A stretch of DNA of 64,000 nucleotides, taken from the NCBI RefSeq assembly GCF_009914755.1, contig NC_060933.1; one strand, given 5' to 3'. Below are positions 25,521 to 38,693 of the stretch, piece by piece. The stretch's first letter is position 1, and each line of letters opens with the position of its first letter. The notes beneath the pieces are model-generated. The model was not told where the DNA came from, did not search any database, and saw only the letters and a list, made by a program, of their open reading frames with translations. The position numbers and the translations under genes are program-made. The DNA is from the human T2T-CHM13v2.0 reference genome, Homo sapiens.

Positions 25521-25809
25521 TGTGAGGAAGTTAAAATGCAGTTGGTGCTAATGGCTATTTGATTACACTAGTTTGTAATATTTGATATGTTTGCACGTGT
25601 CCTTCTTATCAAAATCGGTCATTATGCTATAGTGAGGGAATTCGTCCAAATGCAGGTCTTAAGGATCTTTAAAAAAGCTTTTGAGCTGTTTTTTTCCCCT
25701 CATGGCTATGAATACTTTACGTTGTTTTCTTGAAGACTTTCCTTTGTACAGATGTTCTTTACAGTCCTTTCTACAAAGAAACCTCCTTTTCTAGAAATAA
25801 TTTGCCTTA

Positions 25810-26752
25810 TTTGTAATTTTTATCATGAAATTTTTTAAAACTTGCACAAACATAAGCAGAATTGTATAATAATCCCTCAGGTGATTATCCAGCTTTTAAT
25901 ATTACCTACTCATAGCCAATCTGTGTCTTTTGTTCTTCCACTCATTTACCCTTACTTCTGCGTTATTTTGAAGAAAATCCTAGACATCTCATTTGATCTG
26001 TGAAAAATTTCTATATGTAGCTCCAAAAAATAAGAGCTTTAAAGAAAAAACATAATGACAGCATCGTAACACCTAAAAATTAGCAATGATTCTTTCAAAT
26101 GATCAAATATTCCGTGAGTGTTCCAATTATTTATGTATTACTGATTTTATAGTCTGTTTCAATGAAGATCCAAACAAGGTTCACATATGGTGATTAGTTC
26201 ATATATCTCTCAGATCACTTTTAATTTATGGGTTTCCCTTTCATATCTGTTTTCTTTTTTCCTTGCAAGCAACCAGAAAAACTGTTTGTCCATTAGAAAT
26301 TCCTTACTGTGTGGAAATTGTTGATTGCAACCCCATGCTGTCATTTAGCATGAGACTTAGGTATTTATCGTAACTTGGATTTGAATCCAGAGCAGTGAGC
26401 TTTAACATGGGGTGATTTTACTCCTCCCTCCCCTACCCATCCTCCCATGGGAAATTTGGCAATGACTGGAGACATTTTCATTTTCACAACACAGGGATGA
26501 AAATAGCGTCTAGCAGGTAGAAACTAGAGATGCTGCTAGACATTTGAGAATACATGAGAATGTTGTGGGAATACCTTGCACAACAAAGAATTACGTGGCC
26601 CCAAATGTGGATGGTGTTGGGGTTAATCTAGAGGCTTGATCAGATTAAGGTTCACATTTTGGAGTAAGACTACTATAGTGGTGTTGAGTGGTTACTTCAA
26701 ATTATTAGTGATACAAGGAGCTGTTGATTAGGAGTTGTAAAAAGTTGCACTC
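25810..26752 (-). mobile_element. Old L1MC 3' region (resumes at ~33465-33565 beyond the L1PA)
   Basis: ttattttgaagaaaatcctagacatc..gatccaaacaaggttcaca..tctagaggcttgatcagatt; continuation atcattcctt..ttagctgg..aaagagaaa..ttggttaccc. Confidence 0.7.
26393..26625 (+). mobile_element. MER20 hAT MITE
   Basis: tttggcaatgactggagacattt..agagatgctgcta..caacaaagaattacgtggccccaaatgt; flanks atccagag/atctagag. Confidence 0.85.
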
Positions 26753-26988
26753 TTTTTTTAACTTAAAAAAAATCTTTATATTAGATTCAGGTGTACATGT
26801 GCAGTTTTGTTATATAGGTAAATTGTGTGTCACGGGGATTTGGTGTACTGATTATTTTGTCACCAAGGTAATGAAAATAGTACCTGATAGGTAGTTTTTT
26901 AAGTCACCTCACTGTCCTCCCACCCTTCACTCTTAAGTAGGCCCTGGTGTCACTTGTTCTCTTCTTTGTGTCCATGTGTACTTACTGT

Positions 26989-29900
26989 TTACCTCCGACT
27001 TATAAATGAGAACATGCAGTATTTGGTTTTATATTCCTACATTAGCTCACTTAGGATAATGGCCTACAGCTCCATCCATGTTCCTGCCAATCACATAATC
27101 TCATTTCTTTTTATGGCTGCATAGTAATCCATGTTATATGTGTACCACATTTTCTTCATCCAGTCTACCATTGAAGGGCATTTAGGTTGATTCCATGTCT
27201 TTGCTATTGTGAATAGTGCTACAGTGAACATATATGTCCATGTATGTTTATGGTAGAATGATATATCTTCCTTTGGGTATATACCAATAATGGGATTGCT
27301 GGGTTGAATGGTAGTTCTGTTTTAAGTTCTTCGAGAAATTGCCAAACTGCTTTCCACGATGGCTGAACTAATTTACATTCCCATCAGCAGTGTGTAAGTG
27401 CTCCCTTTTCTCTGCAACCTTGCCAGCATCTGTTATTTTGTGACTTTTAATAATAGCCAACCTGACTAGGTGTGAGATGGTATCTCATTGTGGTTTTGAT
27501 TTGCATTTCTCTAATGATTAATGATGTTAAGCATTTGTTCATATGTTTATTGGCTGTGTGTCTATATTCTTTTGAAAACTGTTCATTTCCTTTTACCACT
27601 TTTTAATGGGGTTGTTTCTTGCTTGTTAATTTAAGTAACTTACAGATTCTAGATATTAGACTTTTATCAGATGCATAGTTTGCAAATATTTTCTCCCATT
27701 CTGTAGGCTGTCTGTTTACTCTATGGATAGTTTCTTTTGCTCTGCAGAAGCTCTTTAGTTTAATTAGGTCCCTTTTGTCAATTTTTGTTTTTGTTGCAAT
27801 TACTTTTGGTGACTTCATCATGAAATCTTTGCCAGAGTGTATGTCCAGAATGATATTTCCTAGGTTATCTTCCAGGGTTTTTTATAGTTTTGGGTCTTTT
27901 ATTTAAGTCTTTAATCTATCTTGAGTAGATTTTTGTATATGGTGGAAGGAAGGGGTCCAGTTTCAATTTTCTGCATAAGGCTAGCCAGTTATCCCAGTAT
28001 TATTTATTGAATAGGGAGTCCTGTCCCCATGAATTGTTTTTGTTGACTTTGTTCAATATCAGATGGTTATAAGTGTGTGCTATTATTTCTGTGTTCTCTA
28101 TTCTGTTCTATTGTTCTGTGTATCTGGTTTTGTACCACTACCAGGGTGTTTTAGTTACTGTCATTTTGTAGTATAGTTTGAAGTCAGGTAGTGCAGTGCC
28201 TCCAGCTTTGTTCTTTTTGCTTAGGAATGCCTTGGCTATTCAGGCTCTTTTTTGGTTCCATACGAATTTTAAAACAGTTTTTCTAATTCTTTGAAGAGTG
28301 CAATTGGTAGTTTGATTGGAATAGCATTGCTTTGGGGAGTGTGGCCATTTTAACAATATTGATTCTTTTTTACCCATAGGCAAAAAATGTTTTTCCATTT
28401 GTTTGTGTCATCTCTGATTTCTTTGAGCAGTGTTCTATAATTCTTGTTGTAGAGCTCTTTCACCTCCATGGTTAGCTGTTTTTGCAGGTATTGTATTCTT
28501 TTTGTGGCTATTGTAAATGGGATTGCATTCTTGATTTGGCTCTGAGTGTGGACATTGTTGGTCTACAGAAATGTGACTGATTTTTATACATTAATTTTTG
28601 TATCCTGACATTTTGCTGAAGTTGTTTATCAGATCTAGGAGCTTTTGGGCAGAGACCACAGGATTTTCTAGGTATATAATTATATAATTTGTGAAGAGAG
28701 ATAGTTTGACTTTATCCTTCCTGTTTGTATGCCTTTTATTTCTTTCTCTTGTCTGATTGGTCTGGCTAGGACTTCCAGTATTATGTTGAACAGAAGTAGT
28801 GAGAGCTTCCTTGCCCTGTTCTGATTCTCAGGGAGGATGTTTCCAGTTATTGCCTGATCAATATGATGTTGGCTCTGGGTTTGTCATAGATGGCTCTTAT
28901 TATTTTGATGTATGTTTCTAGTTTGTTGAAGGGTTTTACCATGAAGGGATATTGAGTTTTATCAAAACACCTTTCTACATCTATTGAGACAATCATGTGG
29001 CTTTTGTCTTTAGTTTTGTTTATGTGATGAAATAAATTATTGATTTGTGTATGTTGAATCAAACTTGCATAAGAGACAAAGCCCGCTTGGTTGCAGTAGA
29101 TTAGCTTTTTGACATGCTGCTGGATTCAGTTTGCTAGTATTTTGTTGAGGATCTTTGCATCTATACTCATCAAGGATATTGACCTGAAGTTTTCTCTTTT
29201 TATTATGCCTCTGTCAGGCTTTGGTATCAGAATGATGCTGGCCTCATAGAATGAGTCAGGGGGAGTCCCTTCTCCTCAATTTTTTGGAATAGTTTCTGTA
29301 GGAATGGTCCCAGCTCTTCTTTGTACATCTGGTAGAATTTGGCTGTGAATCCATCTGGTCCTGGGCTTTTTCTGGTTGAAAGACTCTATTACTGTTTCAA
29401 TTTTGGAACTTGTTTTCAATCTATTCTGGGATTCAATTTCTTCTTGGTTCAATTTTGGGAGGTTGTATGTTTCCAAAAATTTATCAATTTCTTCTAGGTT
29501 TTCCAATTTGTATGCAGAAGTGTTTGTTGTAGTTTCTGATGATTTTTTGTATTTCTGTAGGGCAGGTGTTAATGTCTTTTTTGTCATTTCTGATTGTATT
29601 TATTTGGATCTTCTTTCTTTCTTTATTAGTCTAGCAAGTTGTCTGTCAATGTTTTTTATTGTTTCAAGTAACAAACTTCTGATTCATTGATATTTTGTAT
29701 GATTTTCCACACCTCACTTTCATTCAATTCTGCTTTGATTTGGGTTATTTTTTGTCTTCTACTAGCTTTGGGGTGGATTTGCTCTTTTTTCTCTAGTTCC
29801 TCTAGGTGTGAGGCTAGGTTGCTAATTTGAGAGCTTTCTAAGTTTTTGATGTGGGTATTTAGTGCTATAAACTTCTCTCTTAACACTACTTTAGCTGTGT

Positions 29901-30785
29901 CCCAGAGACTCTGGTATATTGCATCTTTGTTTTCATTAGTTTCAAATAATTTCTCAATTTCTGCCTTAATTTCATTGTTTGCCCAAAAATTATTCAGTAT
30001 CACATTATTTAATTTCCATGTAATTATATAGTTTTGAGCAATTTTCTTAGTATTAATTTCTGTTTTATTATGCGCTGGTCTGAGGACATGGTTGGTGTGA
30101 TTTTGGTTTCCCTGAATTTGCTGAAGATTGTTTTATGGCCAAATAGGTAGCCTATTTTGGAGTATGTGCCATGTATAAATAATAACAATGTAAATTCTGT
30201 GGTTTTGGGGTGGAGAGTTCTTTTGGGGTGGAGAGCTCCTCTGTCTCTTAGATTCATTTGGTCAAGTGTTGAGCTCAGGTCCTGAATATCGTTGTTAGTT
30301 TTCTGCCTTGATAATCTGTCTAATACTGTCAGTAGATTGTTGAAGTCTCCCACTATTGTTATTGTGTGGTTATCTAAGTCTCTTTGTAGATCTCTAAGAA
30401 CTTGCCTTATAAATTTGGGTGCTCCAGTGTTGGATGCAAATCTATTTAGGATAGTTAAGTCTTTCTGTTGAATCAAACTCTTTACCATTATGTTATGTAC
30501 TTATTTTCTTTTTTGATCATTGTTAGTTTGAAGTCTGTTTTGTTTGAAATTGGAATAGCAACTCTTGCTTTTTTCTGCTTTCTGTTTGCTTGGTAGATTT
30601 TTCTCCATCCCTTTACTTTGAGTCTATTTGTGTCATTGCATGTGATAGGGGTCTCTTGAAGACAGCATACAGTTGAGTCTTGCTCCTTTATACAAACTTG
30701 CCCTTCTGTGCCTTTTAAGTGGGGCATTTAGCCCATTTACATAGAAGGTTAATACTGATATGTGTGAATTTGATTCTATCATCAT
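26989..30785 (-). pseudogene. L1 ORF2 (endonuclease/reverse transcriptase) remnant, disrupted
   Basis: Start MMIESNSHISVLTFYVNGLNAPLKRHR; fragments [57 protein letters not shown] in different frames. Confidence 0.93.
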
Positions 30786-30829
30786 GTTGCTAGCTGGCTA
30801 TTATGCAGATTTGGTCATGTGATTCCACT

Positions 30830-31860
30830 AGTCAGTGGTCTATGTGCCTAAGTGTGTTTTTGTGGTGGCTGTTAATGGATTTTACTTTCCATGTTTAGCA
30901 CTTTCTCAAGGACCTCTTGTAAGGCAGGTCTTGTGGTAATGGATTCCCTTAGCATTTGCTTGTCTGAAAAGAATCTTATTTCTCCTTTGCTATTGAAGTT
31001 TAGTTTGGCTGGATATAAAATTCTTGGTTGGAATTTCTTTTCTTTCAGAATGCTGAATATGGGCCCCAAATCTCTTCTGATTTGTAGGGTTTCTGCTGAA
31101 AGTTCTGTTTTTAGCCTGTTTGGGTTCCCTTTGTAAGTGATCTGCCCATTCTCTCTAGCTGCCTTTAATATGTTTTCTTTCATCTTAACCTTGGAGAATC
31201 TGATGACTCTGTGTCTTGGGGATGGTCATCTTGTATAGTTTCTCACAGGGGTCCTCTGCATTTCTTGAATTTGAATGTTGGCCTCTCTAGTGAGGTTGGG
31301 GAACTTTTCATAGAAGATACACTCAAATATGTTTTCCAATTTGCTTGCTTTTTCTCCCTCTCTTTCAGAGATGCCAATGAGTCATAGATTTGGTTTCTTT
31401 ATATAATCCCATATTTCTTGGAGTCTTTTTTCATTCTTCTTTATTTGTTTTTCTTTATTTTTGTCTCACTGAGTTATTTTGGAAAACCAGTCTTTGAGCT
31501 ATGAGATTTTCCTCAGGTTGGTTGATTCTGCTGTTAATACTTGCAATTGTATTCTGCAATTCTTGAAGTGAGTTTTTCAGCTCTATCGGATCAGTTTGGT
31601 TCTTTCTTAAAATGGCCATGTCATCTTTCATCTCCTGTATCCTTTTATTGTATTCCTTAGATTCCTTGGATTGGGTTTTGACTTTTTTTCTGAATCTCAA
31701 TGATCTTCATTCCTGTCAATATTCTGAATTCTATTGCTGTCATTTCATCCATTTCAGACTGGTTATGAATCATTGCTGGGAAACTAGTGTGGTCCTTTGG
31801 AGGTAAGAAAACACTCTGGATTTTTGAGTTGCCAGAATTCTTGCACTGGTTCTTTCTCAA
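30830..31860 (-). pseudogene. L1 ORF1 remnant, disrupted
   Basis: RKNQCKNSGNSK, coiled-coil ELKNSLQELQNTI, ILKAARE.GQITYKGNP.RL, FQPRILYPAKL.F; start codon reads TTG. Confidence 0.92.
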
Positions 31861-31940
31861 GTATGTGGGCTGATGTTCCTTCAGTCTTTGAAGTTGCTTT
31901 ATTTTGGATGGTTTTTTGTTGTTGTTGTTGTTTTGCTTTT

Positions 31941-32232
<292 letters not shown>

Positions 32233-35200
32233 TGTTTTTTTGCTTTTATCTTCGTTAATGCCCTTGGGTGTTTGATTGTGGCATAAAGTGAATTCAGTCG
32301 AATGGCTTTGTTTCTGAAAGACTTTGGAGGGCCAAGCCTCAGCTTAGCACTCCTGGACTGTATGCTCTATCTCTGGTGGGGGGCTGGTACCATCCTCTGA
32401 CTTTGTTCTCTGGTCCCTTAAGGTTAGGAACTTGCTGCACTGGAGGGAGTGAGATGTTCCCAGTCTGCTGAACACAATACTGTAATGGATGGTGCCAGCC
32501 AAAACTCTTCATTAGGGTGGTGGCAGCAGGATCTATGCTGTCTTGCATGTACCAGCAGCCATGTCAGTGTGGCAGGGTGCATACATGCTGGCTGGTGTGG
32601 CATATTAGTGGTAGTAGGGCTGCAGTGTTCCCGCACACACTTGCCCATATGTGCATTCTGGCAAAGCAGTGAGGGGGTAGCCATGGGTGAGTGCATGCCA
32701 GCAAAGCAACCTGGGGGAGGCTGTGGTGAGTGGAGCATGCAAGCGGGCTGGTATACATTGGTGGGGGCCACTCTGCTGGAGATCTCTGATGGTCAGGCGT
32801 GGTCTGCTGGCAAAGCAGCTGTGATGAAGGTCCCAAGGAGCACCCTGGTGGACATCCAAGGATGTGCTGCAAGTGAGTGGAGCCAGGCTGGGGCCCTGGG
32901 AGAGGTCAGCAGATAGTGAGGTGCTCAGATTAGCCTGGCCCCATCCCATGGAGAAGCCTGCCCTGTGCTGTCTAGGTCTGAGAGTCACCCCAAATCTAAA
33001 GTCTCCTAGAGCAGCATGGCAAGCCTTATGAGATGGGAGTTCCTGACAGTGCTCCACTGCAGACATTCTTGCACCAAACCCTCTGGGCTCCACATAGGCT
33101 GGAGTCCTGTGCCTACACCTCTCTAGGCAGCTTTCCTGCTAGCTCAGGGTCTGTGGGGTTTGTGGTGTCTCCTGCTGCCAGGATTCCAGCAGTCCATGGT
33201 GAGAGTGGGCCATGCCTTGCCTGTTCAACTCACCCCTTCCCCAGGAGTTCATGGGGGCCAGGAATGAGTCCTGGTGCTTAGCCCCATGCAGGGTTCTCAT
33301 CTTCCTCCTACTTCAGCCCAGCATCTGTGTCATCCCTCTGTCCACTCTCAATGCGTTCCCTCTGAAGATCTGCTCACAGTGCACCAGTCTTTCTGACATC
33401 CTGGTCTCTACGTGACAGATTTTCCTCTTGGCTGCGTCTGGTCAACCATCTTGGCTAAAACTCCAAAAGGTAATATACTAATTGTATCATTCCTTTTTTC
33501 ATTTGTTAGCTGGAAAACATCTGTAAAGAGAAATTTCCTCTCATCTGCTTTTTGGTTACCCAGAAAGATGACTTAGTTTAAAGCCTTAAAGTCTGTTGAA
33601 TATCTGACAAATGAATAGGATTCAGCCAGCATGCCTGCATATGTTTTCTTTTCAAAGCACTTAGACTCAGGTCCAAAATAAGTGGAATGATGTAGACGAT
33701 GTCAAGATTAATTGGTTTAGAATACACAAGCCTTTCCTTTTCAGTCTTACTAGACAATCTATTAGAGTATTTCTACTGAGAGTTTTTCCCCCTCAATAAC
33801 TTTAGCTGTATTTAAAGTTAATGAGCTTTTTCAATTAAAGCCACAGATATTTAGCCTTTGGATAGCATTTAGATGAATCAGGGTGTATCTAATTACACTG
33901 GGTAAATTCTTAAGAAGCTGAGGAGATTCTTTATTCAGAACAAGCACATTTTAAGTCAGAGTCACGTAGTAGATATCATTCCAACCTGTATGCAAATCAT
34001 CTTTGTGAAAGGAGCCTCTAGATGTAGCTGAGAGTTTGAGAAATGCATGTAGTAGAAAGCATAGAAAGTACTCTTTTTGATAGAAATTTGTCAATTCTAG
34101 TGCTAGAAGGCAAATCAGACATATTCTATTACATGATTGTTCATAGAGCAATTGTAGTTCATTCGTCAGGAGGCCTGTAGTTCACTGACTTATTGGCCTA
34201 AATTCAGGGATAGTTAGAATCAGATGTCCAAATAAAGTTAGGAATTTGTTACAAAATGAGTTTTTCAGTGGTCTGGCTAGAATAAGTGAATACTGTGATT
34301 GACCAGGCTTGGGATTTGTGGCCACTTTTAGAGCCATGGGATAGCTTCAGGTCCTCCAGAACTATTTGGACTGAGATAGAAAGAGGATGGTTTCCAAGCT
34401 GAGATGCTTCAGGCAGTCAGATAAAATAGATGTCCACTAGGCTTAGGTTTTGTGGTTTTTCAACTTTTACTGTCTACCACTTCTTTCCTACCAAGGATCT
34501 TACTGCCGTTTTGTCTTTCTGGATAAGACACTTTCGCATAAGTGTCTCCGTATGCAGAAAACTAGAATAAATCTTCTCAATGTGTTTATTAGTTGTTTCC
34601 TGAAGATTTTAGTATTTCATTTTGCAGCTTGCCAATTGTTTCCTACACATAATTTTAGTGAATTAGCCTTAGTTAGGCAGTGACAGTTGTTGAAATTACA
34701 ATTGTGCAATTCTTTTCTGAACATTGAAGTTAATGATTAGATCTCTCTTTCAAGAAGGTTGATTTATTTCAATAATTACAGCATACCATTCAGGACACTA
34801 GGGAAAAGTCTTTGTGTTTGTGTGTGTTTGTGTGCACATGTGTTTCATTAAATATTGGAGGAGAAATTTAAACTTTCTCTCTACCTAGTGTCAACTATAG
34901 TAAATTCTTGAATTTTGTACTTTATGGATGTTATTTTAATAATTTTCATTAGTAAAGATAATAGGGAGGATATTTCTAGCAGCAAAATGGAAACAGAAAA
35001 AAAAAAGTTTGAAGCATTTACTAAAGAAAGAAAAAGAAAAATTTAAGATTATTAAGTATTTTACATAACACCAATAGGCATTAACCAAAGAGTTATCGAA
35101 GGTGAAAATAAGATTTCATGTGATAACATTTTTCATGAAGATATATTTTTTAAAATTACAGGTTAATTAGTGATAAGTAATCATCTGCAATACTAATTTT

Positions 35201-35419
35201 GAGATCCTGTCATAATCATATTATTATCCCTTGTTTTCCAAAAGGTCTAGCAGAATGTGAGAATATTTCAGGCAGAGATCTTGGGACTTGAGTCCTTCAT
35301 GCCATTCCTCAAGCCATGTACACACAAGTGTGTAACTCTCAAATACTGCAGGATATAACCAAGTGATCACACAATTAGCTGAGAATGGTTATTAATTTGT
35401 TGTGCATTCAAAACTTTTC

Positions 35420-35615
35420 ATTTTTAATTAATTGTGTTACGTGCCTTTATATCCCCTGGAGGAAGTATTATAACACATATCCTAGAATGTGTGGGAATTA
35501 AATTGATTTACATGTACTAAATGCAGAAGGGTGTATAAAGTGATATATTTAAATGCCTAGGGTAATACATTACTCAGTTTATTGAGAAGGTACTCAATAG
35601 ATGGCAGCTACTATA
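35420..35615 (+). mobile_element. MIR 3' fragment
   Basis: gaattaaattga..ggtactcaatagatggcagctacta. Confidence 0.55.
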
Positions 35616-36122
35616 ATTGTCATATTAAAAACATTAAAATAAGAATATACCTTAGTTTTTAAATAGCTCCAAAAAGGAATATCCCATAATTTACTAAGTA
35701 ATAAACTACTAGGTTGTTCAATTTTCACTATTAGTAACTTTTCCACTGGTTGAAATTCCTAATTCTTTAGTTTCTATTGTTTCCTTAGGGTAATATGAAC
35801 AACTGGTTATGAATTTTAATGGTGGAAACTTCATACCTATGTTGACCTTAACTGATCATCTTTTAAGTGTTTGGGAATAAACATTCTTTATGCATATTTT
35901 TGAATCTTGTTTTCACACATGTCTCTCACTTTATATACCTCTTAGACTGAAATGTCACAGTTACGTCCAGGAAGATTTACCTGTTACTCAGTGTAGTAGG
36001 AGAATTTTTTTCAATGTTCCTCACTATACTGTCATCTCTCTGTCTCCTGACTGGAAGAGAACACCAGTGATTTAGGTCGCTCATGACATTTTTGTAGAAA
36101 AATGCAAGTAAGAGATGCATGC

Positions 36123-37335
36123 TATAGTAGATGTTGTTGTGTAGTACCCAGATTTCCCCAATGTGCCTGGAGCCACTCATTCCCTCAGCTGCTGGGAGTG
36201 ATGACTGCTAATGGCTCCCAGCTGAGCAATCCCCTAAGCATGGCTGTGTACTGAAAGGGGCATTTAAAAGTTACGCTCCCTGTCTCAGTGTAGCACACAT
36301 CCAGTGACTTGTTGTGCGGGGCTATAATTGCCTCATTTTGCGACATCTCTGAAAGACCATCACCACTTTGGCATTCCTGTGGGATCAACTCCAGTCTCTG
36401 TTGGACCTGCATCATGATTCAACTTGTCCCTATGCCCAGTCCTGCTTTCCTTACTTCCTTACATGTGTTGTTACCAAGAGCAATCCTTAGTAAACATCTT
36501 GCATGCAAATGTCTGTCTTAGAGTCTGTTTCCCAGGACTCTCAATGGCCAACAGTTGGTGCCAGGAGTGATCCTTAGAAGTGGATGAAAATGAAATTTTG
36601 GAGCCGGATCTGTGTCTGTCTGGTTGGCAGTGAGGCTCCCATTACTGGTGATAGGCACAATATTGATAGCCCCTGGAATATGGTAGCAATAGAACTTTTA
36701 ATACTTTCACCAGTGGTGAACTGGGAAGAGATACTATGAAAGAAAATACACTAGCTGCTGCAACATCACTGGTATTTGACAAATTAGGTGTGTGTAGGGA
36801 CAAGGAGAAGTAGTTGTTTTAAGAGCTAAGCATTGGATAGCTGTTGCTCTGGCAATCAGTGCATTGGAAAAATATATGGTAAATGCCTGTGGGTGAGTAA
36901 TCACCAATTTAATGCTAAATACAAAAACCAGAGTTCTTCTTTGGCAGCATGTAAAGAGACTCATCTTCTGCAGCTGGAGGACAGAAAAGCTGAAGATCAG
37001 GCTCAGTTACTTCACTGTTCTTTTTCTTATATGGTTCCCCAGGAAAAGAGACCAACCACAACCATAGAAGAGCTAATCCCAAATGGAACAAATTTATTAC
37101 ATGAAATGAATGACTGAAGTGATGCAAGGGGTGCAGTGAAAGCTGTGCTGCTACATGGCCTCTTTAGGGATTAAGACCTTCATTCTCAAGCAACTGGGAG
37201 TGTTTCTGCTGATGGTTCACAACTGAGGCCTTTCTCAAGCATTGCCCTAAATTAACAGGAACTGCTTCATGCAAATTTACCTCCTCCCAGGAGGCAGTTT
37301 AATTCAATAACCAATCCACGCAGGTGTAGAAAGAC
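36123..37335 (+). mobile_element. Internally deleted ERVL provirus (LTR16C / ERV3-16A3-like)
   Basis: 5' LTR ~36123-36552, PBS tggtgccaggagtg, gag remnant (NHQFNAKYKNQSSSLAACKET..RKAEDQAQ), purine tract aagggg, truncated 3' LTR from ~37132. Confidence 0.75.
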
Positions 37336-37544
37336 AAGTTATGTGGCTGCCATACAAGCCAACAAACAAGAAAATTAAAACAAAACAAAAAACTCACCTA
37401 TGGGTTCAGTATTGAAGGGTATTAACTGTAAGGGCCACTATTCTTTTAATGGGTTACATCATACAATTCTGTTCTGTTTCAGATGCCAAAACTTAATAAA
37501 GGCATAAACAAATAATGCCTAATAAATAAACACACATAATCCAG

Positions 37545-37845
37545 ACCACAGGTTTTCTTAAAACTATTTTAAAGTAATGGAACTCTTTTTTGTCCAGATT
37601 AAAAAAAAATTATTTCAGATTACCCACATATAACAAGTCTGAGAATGGAGTTGCTCTAGTTGAAGAACTTCCCTTTTTCCTTCTTTGTAGTAGTTCATAA
37701 TTTGTGTAGCAGGAGCCCTCCTTCTCCTTTTCTTCCTTTTTCTTCTTCTCCTTTTCCTCCTCTTTTGCTTCCTTTAATGGACTTCTGGAGCATGTTGGAG
37801 GAGCCCCTACGTCTCCTCAGAACAATGTTTGCAAATCACTGCTCG
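37545..37845. mobile_element. hAT-Charlie MITE (MER103-like) with internal CT-rich stretch
   Basis: ggagttgctctagttgaag and gaggagcccc..ctcagaacaatgtttgcaaatcactg. Confidence 0.4.
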
Positions 37846-38189
37846 AAATAACTGCATGATAAGGATGCTACAGTGGTGACTTAGACACTGAGTGGGGTGT
37901 GGAAGTTGATTTCTTAGTTTCTCTAGCCTTTAATTCTGTAATATTCATTATATCTTCTTGGTCTTTTATTCTCTATATACCAAATCCTTATTTAGCATCT
38001 CTTTGGAAATCACTTTCTTTTTCAGCATCTTGGAATAACTAAATTTTTGTTTTTGATTACATCTCCATTACAACTAATCGAATGGTCTACTAACCAAATT
38101 TGCAAACTGTTCCTCTGTTTACTCTGAAGCATAAACTGATATCATCCACATCTAGAGCAGCCACTGGCGAAAATGTGACACCAATTTCT

Positions 38190-38330
38190 GTTAGAGATCA
38201 TTTCATTTTTTATAAATGACGAGTTTGGGCACAGAGAGGTTAAATGACTTGTCTGTCACATAATTAAACAACAGAGCTGGGCTGGAATATAGATTTTTAT
38301 TCTGTCAGTCAAAAGTTTCCTATGTACCAT
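38190..38330 (-). mobile_element. MIR
   Basis: ggcacagagaggttaaatgacttgtc..cagagctgggctggaa. Confidence 0.75.
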
Positions 38331-38539
38331 TTTGAGCACACCAACAGATGAATTCAAATCTATTTCACCAAGCATTGCTTCTCAACGGCATTACACAAAT
38401 TTTAAAAAATTTTAAAAAAGAAATTAAGAAAAACAAGATCTATCCCAAAGTTCTAACACATCTACCATCTTCCTTTTTCTATATTCTCTTTCACACCCAT
38501 AGTAGTTTCACAGTTATTATCGTAATTTTTGCATCCAGG

Positions 38540-38693
38540 TCCTTTTTCTCCTCCTCATTCTTCCATCTTCTTCTTTTTCTCTTTATCCTCCTTTTCTTTC
38601 TCCCTTTTCTCCTTTTACTCCCCCTACTCCCTTTGCCATCTTTTCCCTTTCCTTCCTCCTCCTCTTTTCCATGTACTTTTCCTCCTCCTCCTC
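38540..38693. repeat. Pyrimidine-rich low-complexity tract (~150 bp)
   Basis: Almost entirely C/T on the plus strand. Confidence 0.9.

Noticed and set aside
27603-31860. L1 ORF1/ORF2 as active genes
   Set aside because: Broken into many frames by stops and indels; the ORF1 start codon is mutated.
32339-33415. Several overlapping 100-160-aa ORFs
   Set aside because: They lie in the GC-richer L1 5' UTR, where stops are rare; both strands are open and there is no recognisable domain.
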